Assembly: GCA_945969495.1 (NCBI GenBank)
Contig: CAMFOH010000001.1
Span: 4,424 to 68,423, forward strand
Length of the DNA stretch: 64,000 nucleotides
Direction of reading: 5' to 3'
DNA from: an uncultured Mollicutes bacterium
GTDB lineage: Bacteria; Bacillota_I; Bacilli_A; RF39; UBA660
In this document: positions 57,173 through 64,000 of the stretch, piece after piece
Layout: each line of letters starts with the position of its first letter
Position numbering within the stretch: position 1 is the stretch's first letter
Position numbers and translations under genes: made by a program
The notes under the pieces: model-generated
What the model was told of the DNA's origin: nothing
Databases searched by the model: none
Seen by the model: only the letters and a program-made list of their open reading frames with translations

Positions 57173-58586
57173 ATACGTTGCTTGGGTTAAACTTAAAACT
57201 ATTAGTACTTATTATTGCATCTTTTTGTCCTTTTTTATTAAATGGTTCAAAAGGTGAAAAATAAGGTTTTCCACATGATCTTCTACTTACTAATAAAGCA
57301 ACCATGATTATGCCACCAAACATTACTCCAATAAAACCAAATAATGACGCTAATATTATTAAAATTAGCTGCCACCACCTAATTGAATTTATTAACTCAA
57401 TTGAAGAAAAAGCAAGGGAAGCAACTGATGATATACCAACTATTATTATTGTTATTGGAGACACAATCCCTGCTTCTACTGCTGCTTGTCCTAAAACTAA
57501 TGCACCAACTATTGAAATAGAGCTACCACCTTTACCTGGAAAACGCATGTCACTTTCTCTTAGTATTTGAAACATAAAACTCATGACCAATATTTCAAAA
57601 ACTGAAGAAAAAGGAACACCATCTCTTTGAATTGAAAAGTTAATTAAAAGACCGCTTGGTATTGCTTCTAAGTTATATGCCATTAATGATATGTAAACAG
57701 CTGGAGTAAGAAGGGCAAGAGCCATAGCAACTATTCTTATTACTCGGTTAGCAAATACATTAAGACTTTTTTCATAATAATCATCTGGGTTTTTAAAAAA
57801 ATCAATGAACATACAAGGTAATATTATTACTTCGTTTGAGTTTTCTACCATTAAAACGATTCTTCCTTCAAGTAACATTTGACATGCTAAATCAGGTCTT
57901 TCGGTTACGAGGTTAGTTGGAAAAATAGAGCGGTTAGGATTACTTATAGCATCTAATATATAATTTGAGTTTCCAACGTAAGGAATATCTATATTCTTAA
58001 TTTTTTCATAAATATCATTAACAAGTTTTTCATCACAAACACCATTTAAGTAAAATAAAGAAACCTTTGTTTTACTTTTAGAACCAACAACTGTTTCTTT
58101 AAACCATAGTTCTTCGGTTTTAAGCCTTCTTCTTAACATTCCAGTGTTTGTTTGATAATTTTCAGTAAAGGCATCGGTTGGTCCTTTTAAGCTTTTTTCA
58201 TTTTCACTTCTTTGCACGTCACTATGTAGTTTAGCCTTATTTTCAAAAGCTAGTATTCTTATTTCATCATCAAATAAAATAAGTGTAAAACCATTAAGAA
58301 GATAGTATAATGCGTCATTCATTGTTTTAATTTCTACTAAACTATTATTTGGCACGTAGTTTTTTATATATGAAAATAAATCTTTATTTTTTAAATTGTT
58401 TCCTTCTTCATCTAATCTTCTTAAAATAAAGTCATTTATATCGCTTTGAGAACTAACAGTGTTTGCATAGATGAAAGTAATTATTTTATTATCCACAGGA
58501 TAATTTTTATAAGTAATATCACTTGCGTTTCCAGTTTTATTTTTTATTTCTTTTATATTTTTTTCTCTATTTTTATTTAGTGTCAT
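57138..58586 (-). CDS. Spore germination protein A subunit (GerAA/GerKA-like)
   Basis: 482 aa; soluble N-domain plus C-terminal TM bundle typical of GerAA. Confidence 0.8.
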   Translation of the reverse strand: MTLNKNREKNIKEIKNKTGNASDITYKNYPVDNKIITFIYANTVSSQSDINDFILRRLDEEGNNLKNKDLFSYIKNYVPNNSLVEIKTMNDALYYLLNGFTLILFDDEIRILAFENKAKLHSDVQRSENEKSLKGPTDAFTENYQTNTGMLRRRLKTEELWFKETVVGSKSKTKVSLFYLNGVCDEKLVNDIYEKIKNIDIPYVGNSNYILDAISNPNRSIFPTNLVTERPDLACQMLLEGRIVLMVENSNEVIILPCMFIDFFKNPDDYYEKSLNVFANRVIRIVAMALALLTPAVYISLMAYNLEAIPSGLLINFSIQRDGVPFSSVFEILVMSFMFQILRESDMRFPGKGGSSISIVGALVLGQAAVEAGIVSPITIIIVGISSVASLAFSSIELINSIRWWQLILIILASLFGFIGVMFGGIIMVALLVSRRSCGKPYFSPFEPFNKKGQKDAIISTNSFKFNPSNVFDKEDKDEENI

Positions 58587-58852
58587 ATTATCCCTCTTTT
58601 TTCATTAGTATTAACCATAATACTTAAAAAATTCCAAAAAAAAGGAGATTGCACGAGTTTCCTGCGCAATCTCAAAAAGAATAAAAAGGGGTTGGCTAGT
58701 TGTGATACTAGCGGCCAGCAGCATTTCTCCTGCTGGTGCCATTTATACTACTCAAAAAGGATTTAAAAGTCAACCTTTTTTTGATAATTTTTTAAAAAAG
58801 TTTTGATAAAGTTTCAAAGCTTAATTGATTTGCAAACAATCGTTTGTTATAA

Positions 58853-60808
58853 TTGTTTTGTAATAACAAAGAAGGTAAACTTATGGAACTTAGAAACATA
58901 AAAGGAATTGGTGAAAAAAGTGTTAAACTTTTAAATAATTTAGGTATATACAACGTGGATGATTTAATAAGAAATTATCCATATCGTTTTGATATTTTAA
59001 CAAAAAGAAGTATTAATGATGAACGATTTTTTGATAATTTTGTAAGTGATGGTATTGTTGAATCAAACCCAGTAGTAAATTTTTTTAAAGGAAATATGAA
59101 TAGACTTTCTTTTAGATGTAACGTTCAAAGCAAAATAATTAAGGTTACTATTTTTAATCGTGCTTTTTTGAAAAATAATATTAAACCAGGTGATGTTATT
59201 ACCATAATAGGAAAGTACAATCCTAAAAGTGAAGTATTAACAGCGAGTAATATCTTACTCAAAAAATTACCAGGAGGATTAGAAATAATTCCAGTTTATC
59301 ACTTGTGCAAAGAAATTACCTCAAAACAAATGAAAAACTTTATAAATGAAGCTATAAACGTAGGTAGTGTAAAAAATAATATTCCAGATGCAATAAAAGA
59401 TAAATATGGGTTTATTAGTGAACAAGAAGCTATTAAAATAGTTCATGATCCAAAGGATGAAAAAAACTTAAAGTTAGCTTTAAAAACGCTTAAGTACGAA
59501 GAATTATTTACTTACATGAAAAAAGTAAGGGAACTTAAGATTAAAAACGAAGAACATGATAAGTCATATATAAAAAACATAGATTTAAATAAAGTAAATA
59601 GTTTTATTAATAATCTTCCATTTGAATTAACGAATGATCAAAAAAAGGTTACTTATGAAATGTTAAAAGATTTAACAAGTGATATAAAAATGAATAGGCT
59701 TCTTCAAGGAGATGTTGGTTCTGGTAAAACGATTGTTGCCTTTATACTAGCCTATGCATGTCATACTTCCGGTTATCAAAGTGCTTTTATGACACCTACT
59801 GAGGTTCTTTCTATTCAGCATTATCAAAATGCCATAAAACTATTTAAAGATACTAACTTTAAAGTAGGACTTTTAACCGGTAAGATGCGTGCTAAAGAAA
59901 AAAAAGAAATATACAAAAAATTAGAAGATAAAGAAATAGATTTACTTATCGGAACTCATGCTATAATAAGTGATAAAGTAATTTGGAATAATTTGGGATT
60001 TGTTATAACTGATGAACAACATAGGTTTGGTGTTAATCAAAGATTAGCATTAAAAAATAAATCAAATACACCAGATGTTTTAATGATGAGCGCAACACCA
60101 ATACCTAGAACATATGCACTAACTATATATGGTGATACTGATGTATCAATTATAAAAACCATGCCTAAAGGAAGACTTCCCGTTATAACTAAAGTAAAAA
60201 AGACAAGTGAATTAAAAGATGTTTTATCTAGAATTTATGATGCTTTAAAAAAAGGTAATCAGGCTTACGTAATAGCACCTATGATAGAAGAAAATGAAGA
60301 TACTGATTATAGTAATGTATATGATTTAAAACATAAATTTGAAATAGCTTTTAAAAATTATAATACCCAAATATTACATGGTAAGATGAATGGCGATGAA
60401 AAAGATAGAATAATGGAGAACTTTAAAAATAACAAGATAAATATTCTTATATCAACAACGGTAATAGAAGTAGGGGTAGATAATAAAAATGCTACCGTTA
60501 TGGTTATCTTTGATGCTGATAGGTTTGGTTTATCACAGCTTCATCAATTAAGGGGAAGAGTAGGTAGAAATAGTTTGCAATCTTATTGTTACTTAGTAAG
60601 TGATAAAGATAAAGAAAGATTAAATATAATGGAAGAAACTTCTGATGGTTTTAAAATCAGCGAAGCAGATTTTAAATTAAGGGGTCAAGGTGATTTATTT
60701 GGATTAAGGCAAAGTGGTGCTTTATCATTTAAATTATCAGATGTAAGACGTGATTATGATTTACTTGTTAAAGTAAAAGATGATGTAAATGAGTATATTA
60801 ATAACTAA
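58853..60808 (+). CDS. recG: ATP-dependent DNA helicase RecG
   Basis: 651 aa; wedge domain N-terminus, Walker A GDVGSGKT, DEQHRFGV, RGRVGR. Confidence 0.85.
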   Translation: MFCNNKEGKLMELRNIKGIGEKSVKLLNNLGIYNVDDLIRNYPYRFDILTKRSINDERFFDNFVSDGIVESNPVVNFFKGNMNRLSFRCNVQSKIIKVTIFNRAFLKNNIKPGDVITIIGKYNPKSEVLTASNILLKKLPGGLEIIPVYHLCKEITSKQMKNFINEAINVGSVKNNIPDAIKDKYGFISEQEAIKIVHDPKDEKNLKLALKTLKYEELFTYMKKVRELKIKNEEHDKSYIKNIDLNKVNSFINNLPFELTNDQKKVTYEMLKDLTSDIKMNRLLQGDVGSGKTIVAFILAYACHTSGYQSAFMTPTEVLSIQHYQNAIKLFKDTNFKVGLLTGKMRAKEKKEIYKKLEDKEIDLLIGTHAIISDKVIWNNLGFVITDEQHRFGVNQRLALKNKSNTPDVLMMSATPIPRTYALTIYGDTDVSIIKTMPKGRLPVITKVKKTSELKDVLSRIYDALKKGNQAYVIAPMIEENEDTDYSNVYDLKHKFEIAFKNYNTQILHGKMNGDEKDRIMENFKNNKINILISTTVIEVGVDNKNATVMVIFDADRFGLSQLHQLRGRVGRNSLQSYCYLVSDKDKERLNIMEETSDGFKISEADFKLRGQGDLFGLRQSGALSFKLSDVRRDYDLLVKVKDDVNEYINN

Positions 60809-60977
60809 CAGAAAATTTAAAATATCTTGATTAATTTATAAAAAGTACAAATAAAATAATATAAATGAAGTTGTAATATAAAAGTGGACATATAAAAGAT
60901 GTTCCACTTTTTGATTGGTTTGACAATTAACATATTTTTTGATAGTATATTAAGCCAGCAAAAAGGGGTGTTTTTTT

Positions 60978-61286
60978 TTGAACTTATATGAAAAACAATT
61001 TAGAAAAATCGAGAAAAAAAGTTGTATAAAGGAAGAATTTCAAAAGACAGCTTTAGATTTTAAATTATTTTTTGACTGTTATAATAATCATTTTGTAGAT
61101 GAGTTACCTATTAGTGAATCTTTTTTGGAAAATATTATATTTAATTTGTGTGATATGTCAGATGAAGCTGTTTTATGGATAAGAAAAATATTAAGAGAGT
61201 TAAACACTTCGTATTTGTTAAAACAATTTTTAATAGAATTAACATTTTTGAAATATGCTCTAAAAAAGCATGTGAACATAAAATAA
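60978..61286 (+). CDS. Hypothetical protein (102 aa, TTG start)
   Basis: ORF only. Confidence 0.35.
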   Translation: MNLYEKQFRKIEKKSCIKEEFQKTALDFKLFFDCYNNHFVDELPISESFLENIIFNLCDMSDEAVLWIRKILRELNTSYLLKQFLIELTFLKYALKKHVNIK

Positions 61287-61287
61287 G

Positions 61288-62112
61288 GTGGTTTTTATGA
61301 ATAAAACAAAGATTCAAAGAGATATAGCTGGTGCTAAAAGAGTAGGAAAGTTTGGTTATGATCCATACAATAAAAATAATATTTATAATAAGTATGGAAA
61401 AATATATTATTCAAATAATGAAAGAATAAATTTTTATCATGATAAATTTAATTATGATGGAAGTATATTATGTGTTGCCTCGTCTGGTGATCACATGCTG
61501 CATTCTTTATTAAATGGTTCTAAAGATATAACATTATTTGATGTGAATAGACTAACAAAATATTATTGTATGCTTAAACTAGCAGGTGTTAAAACACTTT
61601 CATATGAAGAATTCTTTAAGTACTTTAGTATTGAAAAATTAAATATAAAAAATAAAAAATTATATACTAAAGTAAGAAATGCTCTTTCACCAGAAGATAG
61701 ATATTTTTGGGATGAAATTATTAAAGAAGGACTTAGTTTAAATAATTTTTATAATGATTCTAATTTAAGTATACATAAGAATAATGTCTATCATAACAAA
61801 GAGTTTTATTATGTGTTAAAAGAAATAGTAAGTGGCCCTAATAGTATAAAGTTTATAGAAAGTGATGTGTTTGAATTATCAAATAAGTTAGATAAAGATA
61901 AAAAATTTTCAAGTATATTTTTATCTAATATATCAGACTATGTAGAAGTAGATAAATTAAAAAAATTATTAGAAGAAGATTTAAAAAAGTTTTTAATAAA
62001 AGATGGACTTATTCAAACAAAATACTATGCAGATTATGATGGTATGAAAATGATTGATTATGAAGACACGGTTATAATTAAAAAAGATAATAAGAAAAAA
62101 AAGAATGTTTAA
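61288..62112 (+). CDS. Hypothetical protein (274 aa), possibly DUF3419/BtaA-like SAM-binding fold
   Basis: Weak resemblance (CVASSGDHMLHSLLNGSKDITLFDVN); translationally coupled to upstream ORF. Confidence 0.4.
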   Translation: MVFMNKTKIQRDIAGAKRVGKFGYDPYNKNNIYNKYGKIYYSNNERINFYHDKFNYDGSILCVASSGDHMLHSLLNGSKDITLFDVNRLTKYYCMLKLAGVKTLSYEEFFKYFSIEKLNIKNKKLYTKVRNALSPEDRYFWDEIIKEGLSLNNFYNDSNLSIHKNNVYHNKEFYYVLKEIVSGPNSIKFIESDVFELSNKLDKDKKFSSIFLSNISDYVEVDKLKKLLEEDLKKFLIKDGLIQTKYYADYDGMKMIDYEDTVIIKKDNKKKKNV

Positions 62113-62137
62113 GGTTGCAAAAACCTTTTTTTTTTCA
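62112..62137 (+). terminator. Rho-independent terminator (aaggtt-gcaaaa-aacctt + T10)
   Basis: Direct reading. Confidence 0.7.
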
Positions 62138-62185
62138 TATAATAGGTTATATAAAGATAAAGAAGCATATGGAGGATAACTTCTT

Positions 62186-62335
62186 TTTTTAGCGCCAGGC
62201 CTTTAAATAGGTGACGAGGACTATGGTTATCGAAATGTTCGGCGGATGCCATAGCGGACTTGTGAATCGTAAGAAATACTTTTAAAAGATAAAATCAAAA
62301 TTATAACAGAGAGGTATTTCACACAGTTGTTTTTA
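62186..62335 (+). ncRNA. glmS ribozyme (GlcN6P-responsive self-cleaving riboswitch)
   Basis: Core ...tttttAGCGCCAGgcctttaaataggtGACGAGGactatgg...gttcggcggatgccatagcggac... upstream of glmS. Confidence 0.85.
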
Positions 62336-62362
62336 TTATACTTAAAAAAGGAGAAAAATAAT

Positions 62363-64000
62363 ATGTGTGGAATAATTGGATACGTAGGAAAAAATAATAA
62401 TTGCGTGCGTGTTTTAATCGACGGTTTAGAAAAATTAGAATATAGAGGTTATGATTCAGCGGGAATTGCTTTTATCAAAGATGATAATGTTGAAATTATT
62501 AAAAGAGAAGGTAAAATATTAAACCTTAAAAAAAATATTGAATTTGATTTGAATTCAAATTTAGGAATAGGACATACCAGGTGGGCTACTCATGGCAAAG
62601 CTACTAAGGATAATGCTCATCCTCATAAAGTAGGTAAAATAACCATAGTTCATAATGGTATAGTTGAAAATTATGATGAATTAAAAAAAGATTTAAAAAA
62701 TAAAGGTTATGTTTTTGAATCTGAAACTGATACTGAAGTGGTAGCAGCTTTAATAGATTATGTTTATAAAAAAGAACATGATATGTTAAAAACTATTAGA
62801 ACGGTAAAAGAAATGTTAATAGGATCTTATGCATTAGGTATTATATGTGATGATTATAAAGATACTTTATATACATTAAAGAACAAAAGTCCATTGATAA
62901 TTGGGGTTAATGATGGTGAAAATTACATAGCATCAGACGTACCTGCAATACTTGATAAAACCAAAAAATATATAACTTTAGAAGATGGTAATTATGCTAA
63001 GATTACTAAAGATGAAATAAAATTATATCATGATGGTAAAGAAAAATATTATGAAATAAAAGAATTTGAGTATGATGCTAATTCAATTGATAAACAAGGT
63101 TATGAACATTTTATGCTAAAAGAAATGCATGAACAACCTGAAGTTTTTAAAAAAACAACTAATCCCTACTTAACAAATGGCCTTGATAGTTTAATTGAAA
63201 AAATGCCAGATTTTTCTAAGTATGGAAAAATAAGGATAGTTGCGTGTGGTAGTGCAACGCATGCTGGATTAATTGGAAAGCAAATGATAGAAAAATATGC
63301 AAATGTAGAAGTACAAGTGGATACAGCTAGTGAGTTTAGATATGCTAAACAATTTTTAAAAAACGATGAACTTGTAATTGTAGTTTCACAATCTGGGGAA
63401 ACCGCTGATACTTTAGAAGCATTAATGATAGCTAAGAAAAATGGCAATGATACACTTGGAATAGTAAATGCTAAAGGTAGTACAATTTCAAGGGAAGCAA
63501 ACATGGTTTTATATACGGAAGCAGGACAAGAAATTGCGGTAGCAACAACTAAAGCTTATTCGGCTCAAGTGGCACTTTTATCTTTAATAGCACTTAATTT
63601 GTCATATAAAAAAGATTTAATTAATAAAAAAGAGATAATAGAAATATTAAGTGATGCTAAAAAAATACCGGAATACATTGAAGAATTGTTAAATAAAGGT
63701 GAGGAATATAAAAGAATCGCGAAAAAAATAAAGAATCAAAACGATATTTTCTTTATTGGTAGAAAAGTAGATTATGCGCTTGCCATGGAAGGTTCTTTGA
63801 AACTTAAAGAAATATCTTATACTCATAGTGAAGCTTATGCAGCAGGTGAGTTGAAACACGGTACTATATCATTAATAGAAGATGGTACTCCAGTAGTTGC
63901 AGTTATAACGGATGATGATGTTGCTTATAAAACGATTAGTAACGTAAAAGAAGTAAAATCAAGAGGTGCAAATGTAATTTTAATAACAAATAATGATCTT
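62363..64000 (+). CDS. glmS: Glutamine--fructose-6-phosphate aminotransferase (partial, continues past window end)
   Basis: MCGIIGYVG (N-terminal Cys nucleophile), ...GHTRWATHG..., SIS-domain motifs VSQSGETADTL, LAMEGSLKLKE. Confidence 0.9.
   Translation, partial: MCGIIGYVGKNNNCVRVLIDGLEKLEYRGYDSAGIAFIKDDNVEIIKREGKILNLKKNIEFDLNSNLGIGHTRWATHGKATKDNAHPHKVGKITIVHNGIVENYDELKKDLKNKGYVFESETDTEVVAALIDYVYKKEHDMLKTIRTVKEMLIGSYALGIICDDYKDTLYTLKNKSPLIIGVNDGENYIASDVPAILDKTKKYITLEDGNYAKITKDEIKLYHDGKEKYYEIKEFEYDANSIDKQGYEHFMLKEMHEQPEVFKKTTNPYLTNGLDSLIEKMPDFSKYGKIRIVACGSATHAGLIGKQMIEKYANVEVQVDTASEFRYAKQFLKNDELVIVVSQSGETADTLEALMIAKKNGNDTLGIVNAKGSTISREANMVLYTEAGQEIAVATTKAYSAQVALLSLIALNLSYKKDLINKKEIIEILSDAKKIPEYIEELLNKGEEYKRIAKKIKNQNDIFFIGRKVDYALAMEGSLKLKEISYTHSEAYAAGELKHGTISLIEDGTPVVAVITDDDVAYKTISNVKEVKSRGANVILITNNDL

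Noticed and set aside
58625-58745. Small SRP (4.5S) RNA
   Set aside because: Lacks the conserved domain-IV GGAA/AGCAGCCAAGG symmetric-loop sequence; Clostridial SRP RNAs are also much longer.
63166-63504. 112-aa minus-strand ORF
   Set aside because: Antisense to glmS.

Overview
This 64-kb window comes from an AT-rich (about 28% GC), spore-forming Firmicute and looks Clostridium-like. The evidence for that is a gerA-type germinant receptor operon, a SpoIID-domain protein, a BclA-like collagen exosporium protein, a CIRCE-controlled hsp20, phosphoketolase, and very AT-rich intergenic regions. Most of the window is ordinary chromosome. Recognisable housekeeping genes include ddl (3' end), mnmA, gpmI, rnr, xfp, queH, recG and the glmS ribozyme with glmS. 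There are also two P-type Ca-ATPases (one decayed), a CDF transporter, a ZIP transporter, tRNA-Gln(CUG)/tRNA-Glu(CUC) and tRNA-Cys/tRNA-Gly pairs, and a class-I aminoacyl-tRNA synthetase paralog.

Three regions stand out as accessory.

- **34.0–40.6 kb.** A compact island holds five paralogous secreted proteins. All carry the SipW-cognate (TasA/CalY-type) signal motif '(A/S)VGY(A/S)(L/F)FSE'. They sit around a SipW-type signal peptidase that is fused to an unusual N-terminal multi-pass membrane domain of about 180 aa. The island also has a 41-aa signal-peptide-like mini-ORF and two uncharacterised membrane proteins. This is the best candidate for an undescribed fibre/matrix assembly system.
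- **16.6–19.6 kb.** A 20-codon leader peptide and a classic four-segment terminator/antiterminator precede a P-loop kinase, a hypothetical gene and an ABC exporter operon. A decayed duplicate of the same leader/attenuator sits at 11.9–12.1 kb, abutting an IS110-family transposase relic.
- **3.4–6.8 kb.** A BclA-like collagen triple-helix exosporium glycoprotein is paired with a GT2+TPR glycosyltransferase, next to two paralogous beta-rich proteins that share a C-terminal motif.

Smaller oddities are also listed as findings:

- a tandem 323-bp duplication, each copy encoding a 29-aa hydrophobic toxin-like peptide with its own terminator;
- a P-type ATPase pseudogene whose TGDGVNDAPAL motif is replaced by a G-rich patch with three stop codons;
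- a histidine-kinase-like protein with Gln in place of the phospho-acceptor His;
- a Fic-like protein with Gln in place of the catalytic His;
- a DinD/Bro-N pseudogene with decayed LexA-like boxes;
- a GC-rich structured element between gerAA and recG.

I saw no CRISPR array, rRNA or intact mobile element.
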